From the sequence record NZ_CP118992.1: DNA of 64,000 bases; one strand, written 5' to 3'. The notes under the pieces are model-generated. The model saw nothing but the letters and a program-made list of their open reading frames with translations, was not told the DNA's origin and did no database searches. Positions 41,325 to 52,644 of the stretch are shown one piece after another (the stretch's first letter is position 1; each line of letters opens with the position of its first letter). A program made the position numbers and the translations under genes. This stretch comes from a plasmid.

Positions 41325-41722
41325 CGACCGGAGTAGCCAGTACCCGCGGATGACGCTCTATGGCGCCAATTTTGCATTAATCCGTTCATCATCGGGCCGA
41401 GGGCCTTGCGAGGCTATCGCTATATAGCCACCCACATAGCGACGCACATAATGTGGGCAGTCTGCCCCTCATCGGAACAAGGATGACGTGATGAGTCGCG
41501 TTCGAGGCGAAGATATGAGTCAGATGCAACCGTGCCACCCCTGCCACTGCCTGCTGGGAGAATGCCGAACCGAGCTGCTACCACTGCTCTCTGAGGTCAG
41601 CCAGGCCGTCAGTCTGGGGGCGGATCTCCCCTCGACGCTCAACCTGGGGCGTTGTTGCTCAAATCAGGGAACTATCCCGCAGTGGTGATCTGATCTCTTA
41701 GATTCACCACCGGGAGCGCCAG

Positions 41723-42640
41723 ATGGGCAAGTCCAAGCACAAGATCAGCAACTGGAAACAGTACAACCAAGCCCTGGTGCAACGTGGTTCGTTGACCGTC
41801 TGGATGGATGAGCAAGCCATCCAGCAGTGGCATTGCCAGACCCATCATGGCCGCCGAGGGCGAGGCTTCCATTACAGCGACTCCGCCATTGAAACCGCGC
41901 TGATGCTCAAGGCGGTATTCAAGCTACCGCTACGAGCCTTGGAGGGCTTCATCAACTCGCTGTTCAAGCTGATGAAGGTGCCCTTACAGTCGCCGGACTA
42001 CAGCTGTATCAGCAAGCGCGCCAATACGGTCGAAATCAAGTACCGCCTACCGAGCCATGGCCCGGTGGCTCACCTCGTCATCGATGCCACCGGACTCAAG
42101 GTCTATGGCGAAGGCGAATGGAAAATTCGCAAGCACGGCAAGGAGAAACGCCGCGTCTGGCGCAAGCTTCACCTGGCCGTAGATGCGGCGACCCATGCCA
42201 TCGTTGCAGCCGAAGTCAGCCTGGAAACGGTGGGCGATAACGAGGTGTTGCCCACGCTGCTCAACCCCTTGCGCCGCAAGATAGAACAAGTCAGCGCCGA
42301 TGGTGCCTATGACACCAGAGCCTGTTATGCCCTACTGCAAAAGAAGGGCATCAAGGCCACCATACCGCCGAGAAAGAATGCGGCATTCTGGAAGAAAGGC
42401 CATCCACGCAACGAGGCGGTTGCCGCGCTCAAGGCAGGAGAGCTGGAGCAATGGAAAAAGGACTCTGGCTATCATCAGCGCTCGATAGCTGAGACCGCCA
42501 TGTATCGCTTCAAGCAGCTCATCGGTCCGAAACTGAGTCTGCGGAGCTACAACGCCCAGGTGGGTGAGATCCTGGCTGGGGTAAAAGTCATGAACAAGGT
42601 CATAGGGCTTGGTATGCCCATTCGGCAGGCCGTCAACTAA
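41723..42640 (+). CDS. IS5-family (IS903-group) transposase, 305 aa
   Basis: ...SNWKQYNQALVQRGSLTVWMDEQAIQQW... aligns with IS903 ITNWSTYNKALINRGSLTFWLDDGAIQAW. Confidence 0.85.
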   Translation: MGKSKHKISNWKQYNQALVQRGSLTVWMDEQAIQQWHCQTHHGRRGRGFHYSDSAIETALMLKAVFKLPLRALEGFINSLFKLMKVPLQSPDYSCISKRANTVEIKYRLPSHGPVAHLVIDATGLKVYGEGEWKIRKHGKEKRRVWRKLHLAVDAATHAIVAAEVSLETVGDNEVLPTLLNPLRRKIEQVSADGAYDTRACYALLQKKGIKATIPPRKNAAFWKKGHPRNEAVAALKAGELEQWKKDSGYHQRSIAETAMYRFKQLIGPKLSLRSYNAQVGEILAGVKVMNKVIGLGMPIRQAVN

Positions 42641-42780
42641 GCCCGCCCGGCGGGTTGGGGAGCGACCATCCTACTTTGGATTTGATCAACAAGGCCCCTG
42701 TCATCCTACAAGGTGGCTTGTTTTGCAGGGCGTTATCTCCCATCCTGCGCCGCACTATCCTTTGCTTCGGAATCTCCCCT

Positions 42781-43026
42781 ATGGAAACCATTACCCATCC
42801 CACCCTGGTGCAACTGGTGGCGGATGGTGCCGCCCGTGTCGTAGTCGCTGTCGGACAACTAGGCGGCTGGAGTCTGCTGGTGTGCTACGGTCTGGCCGCC
42901 CAGCGCAGCAAACAACTAAGAGTTTTTCGCAAGCTCGATACCTTGGTGCTCTACCTGCAGCAGATCGGGGTCAGCCGGTTCGAGGTTGATGCCAGTAGCT
43001 TCATGCTTGCACTACGACAGCGGTAA
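42781..43026 (+). CDS. small conserved hypothetical protein, paralog B
   Basis: METITHPTLVQLVADGAARVVVAVGQLGGWSLLVCYGLAAQRSKQLRVFRKLDTL... About 85 percent identical to 13505..13774. The nucleotide homology extends ~90 bp upstream (42690-42780 vs 13415-13504). Confidence 0.5.
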   Translation: METITHPTLVQLVADGAARVVVAVGQLGGWSLLVCYGLAAQRSKQLRVFRKLDTLVLYLQQIGVSRFEVDASSFMLALRQR

Positions 43027-43084
43027 CTTGTTACCTACGTCGAGACCCTCTATAATATAAACCAAAGGTTATATTTGGTGCGCT

Positions 43085-43435
43085 ATGTGGACAGTAAAAA
43101 CGACCTCTCTATTCGATGTCTGGTTTGATGAACAAGACGAGGCCACGCAGGAGAAGGTTTTGGCTGGGTTGCTTGCCTTGGCACAGGGCGGTCCATCAGT
43201 AGGGCGACCCTTAGTTGATACCATCAAGGGGTCTCGCTTTACGAACCTCAAAGAGCTGAGAGTTCAGCACCAGGGGGATCCGCTACGAGCGTTCTTTGCT
43301 TTTGACCCGTTGCGGCAAGCTATCGTGTTGTGTGCTGGAAATAAGGGCGGTAACGATAAGCGGTTTTACAAAGAGATGTTGCCGGTCGCTGAGGCGGAAT
43401 ACGCCAAGCACTTAACTGAGTTGGAGGTAGGGTAA
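43085..43435 (+). CDS. RelE/ParE-superfamily toxin (HigB-like killer protein)
   Basis: MWTVKTTSLFDVWFDEQDEATQEKVLAGL...GSRFTNLKELRVQHQGDPLRAFFAFDP...VLCAGNKGGNDKRFY pattern of HigB-type toxins. 1-bp overlap with the downstream antitoxin gene. Confidence 0.75.
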   Translation: MWTVKTTSLFDVWFDEQDEATQEKVLAGLLALAQGGPSVGRPLVDTIKGSRFTNLKELRVQHQGDPLRAFFAFDPLRQAIVLCAGNKGGNDKRFYKEMLPVAEAEYAKHLTELEVG

Positions 43436-43737
43436 TGGGAAGAACACTGAATGAGATGCTGGCCTCCCGCTCGGTGGATAGTCAGCAGCGGATCCAGGAG
43501 ATGGCTAACGAGCTGCTGCTGGAGGTACGCTTGCAAGCGCTGCGTGAAGAGTTGGAAGTGTCCCAGGTGGAGTTGGCCTCTGCCCTCGGGATCAGCCAAC
43601 CGGCCGTTGTGGCGATGGAGCAGCGTGGGAATGATATCAAGCTATCCACCATGAAGCGTTACGTGGAAGCAATGGGTGGGAAGCTGCGTGTTGATGTTGA
43701 GCTTCCTACAGGGAGGCATGTCGGTTTCAACGTGTGA
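43435..43737 (+). CDS. XRE-family HTH antitoxin (HigA-like)
   Basis: ...VSQVELASALGISQPAVVAMEQRGNDIKLSTMKRYVEAMGGKL... HTH_XRE pattern. Confidence 0.75.
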   Translation: MGRTLNEMLASRSVDSQQRIQEMANELLLEVRLQALREELEVSQVELASALGISQPAVVAMEQRGNDIKLSTMKRYVEAMGGKLRVDVELPTGRHVGFNV

Positions 43738-43829
43738 CTGCTCCCCGCCGCTCGCGGCGAGGCTTCCCACCTTTTTTGACGAAAGGGGGCTCCCACCGAC
43801 GTAGGTGGGAGGGGAATTTCGTCGGGGCG

Positions 43830-44234
43830 TCAGCCCCGCTGGTTTTGAATGTATTGCTTAATCACATCCAACGGCGCCCCGCCGCAAGAGCTTGCAAAGT
43901 AGGAGCGAGACCAAAGCACGGGCTTGCTGTAAGCCCCCCTCAAGTCCAAAAATTCATTACGCAGTCGCCTTGATGTGACGGCCTTCAATGAGTTGACCAG
44001 CACAGATAACTGCACGGTCGGCCCGTACTCTATCAGCATGTGAACGTGGTCTGCTTCTCCGTCACACTCTTTCAGCTCTGCGCCAAAGTCACGACAAACC
44101 TCGGCGGCGCACTGATTGAACGCAGCAAGGTGTAAATCGCCCAATATCTTTTTTCGATACTTGGTCACAAACACCAAGTGAACATGGAGAAGATAAGCCG
44201 CATGGCGGGATTTGTTGATGTTTACGACTTGCAT
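43830..44234 (-). CDS. tnpA: IS200/IS605-family Y1 (HUH) transposase TnpA
   Basis: Motifs HVHLVFV and HVHMLIEY with a catalytic Tyr; 134 aa. Hairpin-rich end at ~43745-43830. Confidence 0.85.
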   Translation of the reverse strand: MQVVNINKSRHAAYLLHVHLVFVTKYRKKILGDLHLAAFNQCAAEVCRDFGAELKECDGEADHVHMLIEYGPTVQLSVLVNSLKAVTSRRLRNEFLDLRGAYSKPVLWSRSYFASSCGGAPLDVIKQYIQNQRG

Positions 44235-44290
44235 TTAATGACTCAGCTCGGTGTAATGACGGAGAAATATTGCTACACACTGAGTGTTGA

Positions 44291-44968
44291 ATGCAAATTC
44301 TGAAAGCCTACAAATTCCGACTCGAACCGACCGAGCAACAAGCGCAACGCCTGCGCCAGTTGGGCGGCTGTGCTCGTTATGTCTGGAATCACGGGCTTGT
44401 AGAGACAAAGCGCATTCTGGATTCCGGCGACAAGCTGCCATCATATTTCGATTTATCTCGGATGCTCACCCGTTGGAAGAAAGATCCAGAAATGGCCTTT
44501 CTGGCCGAGGCATACACCGACAACCTCCAGCAGAAACTCAAGGATTTGCACGGCGCGTGGATGCGTTGTTTTGATAAAAAATTCGCCGCCAAGGCTCCCG
44601 TTTTCAAGAAGAAAAGCGACAACCGAGACTCAATCCGGTTCGTCAACTTCGACAAGTATTGCCGCCTTGAAAAAGGGCGGGTGAAGCTGCCAAGCGGTCT
44701 GGCGTGGGTCAAGTTCCGCCAGTCACGCCCAGTCGAAGGGAAGATTAAAAACGCCACCGTCAGCCAATCAGCAGGACACTGGTATATCTCATTTCAGGTC
44801 GAGCAGGAGCTTCCAGAGCCAGCTCACCCGTCCGGCTCAATGGTCGGGCTGGATGCAGGGATTGCCAAGCTCGCAACCCTGTCAGATGGTACGGTGTTTG
44901 AGCCTGTCAACAGCTTCAAAACCAATCAGACCAAGCTGGCCAGGCTACAGCGCCAGTTGGGGGGGTAA
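44291..44968 (+). pseudogene. tnpB: IS605-family TnpB (RNA-guided nuclease ancestor) N-terminal 225 codons, truncated by Tn3-family IR
   Basis: MQILKAYKFRLEPTEQQAQRLRQLGGCARYVWNHGL... Its stop codon TAA lies inside the transposon IR starting 44958. Confidence 0.8.
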
Positions 44969-44990
44969 GCCCAAACCGCCGAAAATTCCG

Positions 44991-47900
44991 TCAACCCAAT
45001 TCCAGCCCCGCCACGATCGCATCCAGATCGATAATCTGACCATCGCCGTGAAAGGTATAGTGCCCGTTCAGGTGAATATGGCGCCACGCTGCCGGCGAAA
45101 TCTTCTTGAGCAGGGCGAGGGCTTTCTCGTTTCCGCTGGTTTCACACTTGGTCAACAGCCGCGAAAGGATCGCCGAGTTGTAGTAGATGATGGCGTTGGC
45201 GATCAGCCGCGCGCACTGGTTGCTGATTTCGACTTCGATGTCGGTCTGGCCGGTCAATTCCTTCTTGCCGCCGACCTGAGCGATGGCTGAACGCAGCTGG
45301 TGGTAGGACTCGATGCGATTCTGCGAGCGGTGGACGTTGCGCTCCAACTGAGGATCACGCAAATAGCGCAACGTGTAGATGCTGCGAATCAGCTTGTCGA
45401 ACTCGAATATGGCTTGCCGCGTTGGGTTCGATGCGGAGTAGGTGCACAGCTTGCGGATCAGTGTGCCCTGCGTCATCTCTTTGAGGCCTAGCGTGGCCAC
45501 GATCTGATCAATGTTGCTTTTCTCATCAATGACGGCGGGCAGGTTGATCTGGCCGACCGGGCGAATCAGGCATTTTTCGTACAGCGCCGGATCATCGGCG
45601 CAGTAGAGTTCTTTCAGTTGCTCTTCCAGATCGGTGAAACGCGGCTCGAAGCGTAGACCAAACCAATACAGGATGGCGAAGTTCGCCTTGTTGACGCTGT
45701 GCATGTCACCGGTAATCGTGGTTGGCACGATATCGGACGTGTTGCGGTACCAAATGTCGAACACGTGATGCGCCTCGAACTCATGCGCGCCGATGATCCA
45801 ACTTTGCAGCGGCACATGGTTACACAGCAGGGTGTAGGCGACGACCCCTTTACCACGACCGAAATACTTACGCGAATGCCGCGCCTTGACGGTCGGTCGC
45901 TCCACGCCGAACTTCTGACCATCGACGCTGCCGTAGAGTGCTCCACCAAGGTCGAAGGAATAGTGCGGGAAGATGGGCAAGTCGGCAATGCCATTGCTGA
46001 TCCGGTCGTTGGCCGCCTGCAGCGATGCCTGGCGCAGATACTGTTGGTAGGTCGTCTCCAGCACGTGGTAGGGAATATCACTGGTGCGCGACATGACGAG
46101 GTTGCCGTGGTTCATCGCCTGGGCGATGATACCGGCCATCAGACTGTCCGAATCGGCGACCTGCTTGACGTAGCGCGGTTGCAGCGGTGTCAGCGCCGAC
46201 AGGAACTGGCATTGCCCGTTCACAAAGCGGAACACGTCACCGACATCGCAGAACGACAATTGATCATAGAAGCGGTTCTGTTTGGCGGTATCGTTGTCGG
46301 CCTTGGGTCGGCGCCAGGTCAGCGTCTTGCGCTCGCTATCGTAGTCGAGATGCTTCAACTTCCCTTGGCGCAACTCACGGTTGAACGCCAGCCACTGTTC
46401 GTGGAGTTCGGCCTTCAGCGCGTCAAGTTGCGCTCCGATGGGCTGGCGCAGCCAGGGAATGTCCATCTGGCCGAGCACGCTGGCCTTCTCCTCAAGGGAG
46501 ACCAGCTCGTCAGTAAAGCAGCGGTGCTGCAGACTGTCGTCCAGATAGATCTCTCCAGCCTTGAAGCGTTTTCTGAGTTGGCGGTAAAGCCAGAACTCAT
46601 AGCGGTCGGCATGTAAGCCCAAGGGCTTCCCGTCCGCGTCGAATATCAATAGATAGGGACGCAGACGCTTGGGCAGGGTGGCCTCGGGGCATTCGGCCAG
46701 AGGACGGTGTGACAGTCGCTGCTGTTTCGCGAATACACCCTTCACCCAGGCGAGCGCCCCAAGCCACGGGTTATCCGGCACGACCCCGGAGAATTCAAGC
46801 GCCCCGTAGAGTGGCCGCACGTGGCGCCGGATGCGTTCGGCCAAACCGTCAACGGTCTGCCAGCGCAGGGCCAGCTTGCTCGCGGGCTTCACGCTGAGGC
46901 GTTGGCCGGTCATTTGCAGCGCCTCCTTCGGCATGATCTTGAACGCACGCTGGCGCACGTCGCCGAAAGGCGTGACATCGGCCACCGTGTCGTCGACGTA
47001 GAGCAACAGCAAACGTCCGACTCGCGGCGTTTCCTGTTGCCGACGGATCTGTTCCGTGACGAAGAGCTTATTCGACCGCGCCTTGCTCTCGTCTTCGAGC
47101 TGCTTCATGTGGTAGCCCAAGGCATCTACGAGATTATCGGTAAACTGTCGATAACGCTGCCAGGCGTAGCACAGCAGATACAAGTTGGTCTGCTCGGGTT
47201 TGAGGCGGCGAAGGTCGTAGACAGTGTAAAAATTGGCCAGGCTCGCGTAATAGTGCAGATTCTGCTGCGAGATCGCCAACCTGGCCAACAGCGTCTTGGC
47301 AATTCGGTATAACGGTTCCAGCTTGGCACGCTTCTCCCGCTCCTGCGCCATTTGTCGCCAGCCGAAGCTTTTGGCATCCTGCTTGAGAGCCGCCAGCTCC
47401 GACAGGGTGTCGTCGCGCACCAGAAGTTGAGCCAGCGCGGCCTTGGCCTCGCCGTCCAGTACCTCATCGAGTAGCACACCCAAGCGTCGGCGTTCGGCGG
47501 ACAATGCTTCGCTGATCAGTTCCTGCAACGTGGTGAGGCCGGGCCGGACGATCTTGTGCTCGTTGAGATAGACGATCAACTCGGCCACGATGAAGCCGGG
47601 CGTGATGTCACGCCGAACGATCTGATTGGCTTGTTGCACGAGTTGTGGCAGGGAGTCCGTCGACCATAGCCGGTAGCCGAATAGCTTCGCAATCAGAGTT
47701 CGTTGCGCGTAGCGCTCGTGCTTGGTGATCGTGTGCGGCTCGAACGCCTGATCGTTGAAATAGCGAGTCAGGACGAAGGCGCAATCGTCCGGCGCGTCGT
47801 CCCAAGTAAAGCGGAAGAAGGCATGCTTGGCTTTGAAGTAGCCGATCTGCAAAGCGCAGTAAGCTTGGGCATGCAAACCAGGACGACTGCAGGCGAGCGC

Positions 47901-48023
47901 CAGTTCCGCCTCGGTCAGTGATAGATACTCCTGTTGCTGTCCATCATCGAAGTCAGGCATGCCGTACAGGGCGAATTGCTCGGCCTCCGAAAGAACGGTT
48001 AGCCGCTCGCTTTTACGCCTCAT
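44991..48023 (-). CDS. tnpA: Tn3-family transposase (identical to 23885..26917)
   Basis: Identical 1010-aa ORF. Confidence 0.9.
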   Translation of the reverse strand: MRRKSERLTVLSEAEQFALYGMPDFDDGQQQEYLSLTEAELALACSRPGLHAQAYCALQIGYFKAKHAFFRFTWDDAPDDCAFVLTRYFNDQAFEPHTITKHERYAQRTLIAKLFGYRLWSTDSLPQLVQQANQIVRRDITPGFIVAELIVYLNEHKIVRPGLTTLQELISEALSAERRRLGVLLDEVLDGEAKAALAQLLVRDDTLSELAALKQDAKSFGWRQMAQEREKRAKLEPLYRIAKTLLARLAISQQNLHYYASLANFYTVYDLRRLKPEQTNLYLLCYAWQRYRQFTDNLVDALGYHMKQLEDESKARSNKLFVTEQIRRQQETPRVGRLLLLYVDDTVADVTPFGDVRQRAFKIMPKEALQMTGQRLSVKPASKLALRWQTVDGLAERIRRHVRPLYGALEFSGVVPDNPWLGALAWVKGVFAKQQRLSHRPLAECPEATLPKRLRPYLLIFDADGKPLGLHADRYEFWLYRQLRKRFKAGEIYLDDSLQHRCFTDELVSLEEKASVLGQMDIPWLRQPIGAQLDALKAELHEQWLAFNRELRQGKLKHLDYDSERKTLTWRRPKADNDTAKQNRFYDQLSFCDVGDVFRFVNGQCQFLSALTPLQPRYVKQVADSDSLMAGIIAQAMNHGNLVMSRTSDIPYHVLETTYQQYLRQASLQAANDRISNGIADLPIFPHYSFDLGGALYGSVDGQKFGVERPTVKARHSRKYFGRGKGVVAYTLLCNHVPLQSWIIGAHEFEAHHVFDIWYRNTSDIVPTTITGDMHSVNKANFAILYWFGLRFEPRFTDLEEQLKELYCADDPALYEKCLIRPVGQINLPAVIDEKSNIDQIVATLGLKEMTQGTLIRKLCTYSASNPTRQAIFEFDKLIRSIYTLRYLRDPQLERNVHRSQNRIESYHQLRSAIAQVGGKKELTGQTDIEVEISNQCARLIANAIIYYNSAILSRLLTKCETSGNEKALALLKKISPAAWRHIHLNGHYTFHGDGQIIDLDAIVAGLELG

Positions 48024-48613
48024 CGTTGCGGCATCTTCTCAGCACTTGGCCAGCCAACTCGGGCAAGGGTTTCGATCAGCGTGGTGCGCTTGACGCCAAA
48101 GTTGCGGCACACAGCCGCCTTGGACATGCCGCCATTCAGCGCGGCGACGATGGTGTCCAGTTTCTCGCCGATGATCGCCGGTGGCCGGCCACCGAGTCGG
48201 CCCCGTCGCTTGGCGGCCGCCAGTCCGGCTATTACCCTTTCTCGGGTCAGGGCGCGTTCGTACTGCGCAAGCGCACCGAACACCTGAAACAATAGCTCGC
48301 CCGATGGCGTGGTGGTATCCATGCCTTCGGTGAGCGAACGAAAAGCGACCTGCCGCTCCCGCAACGTGTCAACGATGGTGAGCAGATGCGACAGCGAGCG
48401 GCCAAGCCTGTCCAGCTTCCAGACGACAAGAACATCGTCAGGTTGAACAAACGCCAGCGCCTTGGCCAACCCCGGACGATCATCCTTGGCGCCGGACGCG
48501 CGATCCTCGAATAGGTGGCGCGCATCAACGCCTGCCGCCAACAGGGCATCGCGTTGTAGATCCGTGGTTTGTCGATCAGAGTCGGAAGAGACGCGCATGT
48601 AGCCGACAAGCAT
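48020..48613 (-). CDS. tnpR: resolvase (identical to 23295..23888)
   Basis: Identical ORF. Confidence 0.9.
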   Translation of the reverse strand: MLVGYMRVSSDSDRQTTDLQRDALLAAGVDARHLFEDRASGAKDDRPGLAKALAFVQPDDVLVVWKLDRLGRSLSHLLTIVDTLRERQVAFRSLTEGMDTTTPSGELLFQVFGALAQYERALTRERVIAGLAAAKRRGRLGGRPPAIIGEKLDTIVAALNGGMSKAAVCRNFGVKRTTLIETLARVGWPSAEKMPQR

Positions 48614-48766
48614 GTGTGGAAAACCCATAGCCTATGATTTCCGTATGCTATACCATAGCGGCATTGTTTTCCGCATATTTTTTGGCGGGGTTAATACGCG
48701 ATTTTGGTAGCCGAACGGTGCCTGTCGCAAAACAGTTGTTTTCCGACAGGCTTTGGACTCATCAAC

Positions 48767-49594
48767 ATGAAAAATCGCAGCATTACGGTGCACGGCGCCG
48801 AAGTGACCATCACGACTCGTCACGAACAGGATTACATTTCACTGACTGACATGGTGAAACGATTCGGGGATGAAAGCGTTCTCTACAGTTGGTTGCGGAA
48901 CCGCAACACCATAGAGTTCCTCGGTATATGGGAGCAAATTTACAACCCAGCCTTTAAACCTCTCGAATTCGAGAGGTTTAAGAGTCAGGCCGGTCTGAAC
49001 AGTTTCTCACTGTCGCCGAAAAAATGGATCGATACCACAGACGCCATCGGTCTCTATGCCAAAGCTGGACGTGGCGGCGGCACCTATGCCCACAAGGATA
49101 TCGCTTTCGAATTCGGTTCTTGGCTCAGCCCCGAGTTCAAGCTGTACCTGATCAAGGAATTTCAGCGCCTCAAGGATGAAGAAGCGCGAGCCATTTCGCT
49201 GGAATGGAATTTCCAGCGCACGCTGTCCAAGGTCAACTACCGTATTCACACGGACGCCATCAAGGAACGCCTGATTCCGCCGCAACTAACCAAAACGCAA
49301 ACCGCCACCGTCTATGCCAGCGAAGCCGATCTACTCAACGTCGCACTGTTTGGGATGACGGCCACTCAATGGCGGCAAGCCAATCCCGACCAAACCGGCA
49401 ACATGCGTGATATCGCGACCCTGGAGCAATTGGTCGTGCTATCCAATATGGAGAGCATCAACGCGGTCCTGATCCATCAAGGGCTTTCAGCGCCGGAGCG
49501 ATTGACGCAATTAAACGCCATCGCGATCACGCAGATGCGCTCCTTGGTTGGCATCGGCGTCATCAAGCAACTGGGTAAGCTGCCAGAGCGGTGA
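48767..49594 (+). CDS. KilA-N domain protein (identical to copy 1)
   Basis: Identical ORF. Confidence 0.7.
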   Translation: MKNRSITVHGAEVTITTRHEQDYISLTDMVKRFGDESVLYSWLRNRNTIEFLGIWEQIYNPAFKPLEFERFKSQAGLNSFSLSPKKWIDTTDAIGLYAKAGRGGGTYAHKDIAFEFGSWLSPEFKLYLIKEFQRLKDEEARAISLEWNFQRTLSKVNYRIHTDAIKERLIPPQLTKTQTATVYASEADLLNVALFGMTATQWRQANPDQTGNMRDIATLEQLVVLSNMESINAVLIHQGLSAPERLTQLNAIAITQMRSLVGIGVIKQLGKLPER

Positions 49595-49794
49595 TCCGTA
49601 TTGAGTTGAACGGCTCCTTTGCATCATAGGGCTGCCGTTCAGGTTTAAAATCCCAATGAGTGCAGCCGGCCATAACCGGCCGGTGAAAAATTTCCTCTAA
49701 AGCCGCCGTTGCCTTGGATTACTTACCTGTATGCAGTCGTTGAACCTGTGTTGCCCAATCTTTCCACTGGAGGGCATCAAAGAAGCGATAAGCG

Positions 49795-51405
49795 TCAGAT
49801 CCGGAACTTATGCACCGACTCGCTCATTGAAACGGACAGCTTTTCGAGGTGTTCGGCCGACTTGGCGACCGAACGGACCACGGCGCTGGTTTCCTCGGTC
49901 ATCTGGGCAATGCCTTCGACATTGCGGGCGATGTCGTGATTGGCCGTGTTCTGCTCGCGCAGCGACGCGGATATCTCCTCGGCCGCGCTCATCATCTGGC
50001 CCACGCCGTCCTGAATCTTGCCCATCGTTTCGCCGGCGCGCCGGATCATCACCACTCCGGCTCGTGTACGGTCACTGCCGCCGGCCATTTCGTTGACCAC
50101 CCTGACGGTGCCCTCACGCACGGAATCGACCGTTGCCTTGATTTCGCTGGTCGCCTTGGTCGTGCGTTCGGCGAGTTTGCGCACTTCGTCAGCGACGACC
50201 GCGAAGCCGCGCCCCTGCTCGCCCGCTCGCGCCGCCTCAATGGCCGCGTTCAAGGCGAGAAGATTGGTCTGGTCGGCAATTTCACGGATCACATCGACGA
50301 TTTTTGAAATCTGCTCCGAGCGATCGCCGAGCACCTTCACCGACTCGGCCGTGCTCATCACCGCTGCAGAAATTCCGTCCATTTCGGCAATCGCCTCATC
50401 CACCGCGGCTTCGCCGACATCGGAAAGGCTCCGCGCATCGACCGCGCTCTGATGTGCCCCGCTGGCGCTTTCGGTGATATGGGTTATTGACACCGCCATT
50501 TCCTCGATCGACGCGGCCATCGACGCGGATTTGTCGCTTTGGGTATGGGCCGCCGTCGCGACCTGATTGGCGGCGAGCGAGATCTCGTGCGCCGAAGCGG
50601 TCAGCGTGTCGGCTGACTCGCCGATGCCGCGTATGATCGTGCGCAGACTCTCCTGCATGGCCCGGATCGCCGCCAGCAGGCTGTGCTGATCACCGGGGCG
50701 GATTCTGATTTCGTGGGTGAGGTCGCCACCGGCGATGCGTTGCGTAATCCTTGCAGCCTCCACGGGTTCGCCGCCGAGTGTCCGGATCAGCGACCGGTAG
50801 AGCATGAAACCCGATAGCAGCATCAGCACACCGATGGCGACGCCGAGCCCGGTACTTGTGCCCTGCGCCCGCTGGATTCCGGTTTCCGCAATGCTTGCGG
50901 ATTCCGCCATGTGCTCGCGAACGGTTTTCTCCAGACTCTCAAGCTGGCCGGTCAGCCGTTCCGCCAGAGCGTCGAAACCATCATTGGGGCGCTTCATCAG
51001 CGCGTTGCCTGCTTCCTGACCACCGCTGTTGTAGGCCTTGGCCATTTCGATGCCGAACGTATGGAACTTGCCTAAGCTGTCTTTCGCCTTGGCCGCCTGG
51101 TCGGCAAGCTTTGGTTGGAGCCGGGCGATGTTATCCAGATCCTTGATCGCTTCATCGTAGGCTGTCTTGGCTTCCTTGAAGCCGTCGGACTCACCGGTCG
51201 CCGAGACATCGGTAAGGAACTGCTGGACCTGAACCACGTTGAAACGCGTTTCCAGCATTGACACCAAAGCCGGCAGTGCGACGGTGTTCTCGTCACGTGA
51301 AGTTTCCAGTGCATTTCGGAAGCCTGACCAGAGCGTAAAGATGAGTACGCTCAACAAGACAAGTGTCGCCAGGGTGAAAAGTGAAATCAGACGTCGAATA
51401 GTCAT
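49795..51405 (-). CDS. methyl-accepting chemotaxis protein (identical to 20503..22113)
   Basis: Identical ORF. Confidence 0.9.
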   Translation of the reverse strand: MTIRRLISLFTLATLVLLSVLIFTLWSGFRNALETSRDENTVALPALVSMLETRFNVVQVQQFLTDVSATGESDGFKEAKTAYDEAIKDLDNIARLQPKLADQAAKAKDSLGKFHTFGIEMAKAYNSGGQEAGNALMKRPNDGFDALAERLTGQLESLEKTVREHMAESASIAETGIQRAQGTSTGLGVAIGVLMLLSGFMLYRSLIRTLGGEPVEAARITQRIAGGDLTHEIRIRPGDQHSLLAAIRAMQESLRTIIRGIGESADTLTASAHEISLAANQVATAAHTQSDKSASMAASIEEMAVSITHITESASGAHQSAVDARSLSDVGEAAVDEAIAEMDGISAAVMSTAESVKVLGDRSEQISKIVDVIREIADQTNLLALNAAIEAARAGEQGRGFAVVADEVRKLAERTTKATSEIKATVDSVREGTVRVVNEMAGGSDRTRAGVVMIRRAGETMGKIQDGVGQMMSAAEEISASLREQNTANHDIARNVEGIAQMTEETSAVVRSVAKSAEHLEKLSVSMSESVHKFRI

Positions 51406-52644
51406 GGTGGCTTTGCAAAAGTGTTTCAAGGAAATTGAGTTGGGATAGTACGGCAATGGCGTTTGCTACGTAAGTGGAATCCAGTAATGTCCAGTAATTA
51501 CTAGACTAAACGCATAGATGCCATTATATGGCAAAACGTTATACGGATTGACTCGCCCTCCCTTCCTCAGAAACAACTGACAGGTTTCTGGTATCGCCAG
51601 GGAAATGTTGCCCAGTTGTTTCTTGGGGTCAACAGTCTGAGCTGCACTACCGCATGTTCATTCATGAATCCGGAGTTGGCCTCGTGAGCGGCCGCTTTCG
51701 ATCCGCTTTCCCGAGCGGCGAATGGCTGCTCCCATTTCTCTGGGATGTCGCCTTTGGGTCGAGGCCGTGTGGAAACGCAATTGAGTTACCGTTCGCCGCG
51801 CGCTTGAGCGCGTGTTTTACCCGTTGTTGATCAAATCGAGGCCGACAGCTTTCTGAGATCGAAACTGAGGGTCCTAATCGCCTTAGAGTACGGTCAAATC
51901 GAGCCGTAAAAAAGGCCACCTGACCTTAAACGGCAAGTAACCGTATCGATCTCATGAGTTTCTCAACACCGAGAATGTTGATGACTCGCCGAAGGTTGTA
52001 GGCCAGCACGTGCAAGCTCACTTCCGTGCTCACATGTTTGAGGGTTTTCATCAAGAAATGCGCCGACCCCATCCAGAACTTCAGTGTTCCGAAGACATGC
52101 TCGACGGTACACCGTCGTTGTTTCATCTTCCCTGGGTTCCGGTCCAGGCGATCCTGCATGGCGTCAAGGACGCCTTCATGTTCCCATCGCTTTACCCGCC
52201 GTTCCTTGCCGGTAGTGCACTGTGCTTTCAGCGCACACTGCTGGCAGGTTAAGTACGAAGCGTAGTAATCATCAATTCTCATCCCATCCTTCAGCGAGGA
52301 GTGACGATAGATCAGCTGCTTCCCTGCAGGACAAAGATATTCGTTGTCCTGCGCGACATAGACGAAATCACGTTTGTCGTATAACCCTTTGGCTTTGTTG
52401 TTGCTGGTCATGGTCTTTGGCACCGAGGGCGTGATTCCCGCCTCGACACACTTCAATATTTCCGGTCCCTTGTAATAACCCCGGTCGGCGATGGCTTCGA
52501 TGTTCTCAACCGCGAGCGCTTCGCGTGATTGCAAGGCCATCTTGGCGAGTTGCGTTCGGTCATACCCTAGATTCGTGACTTCATGGGCGACGATCAAGTG
52601 ATGCTGGATCTGGGGTCTGACGCTCAGTGGAACGAAAACTCACG

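Noticed and set aside
41488-41688. 66-aa Cys/His-containing ORF upstream of the IS903-group element
   Set aside because: Too short and without a recognisable family; the flanking palindrome CCCACAT...ATGTGGG may be regulatory.
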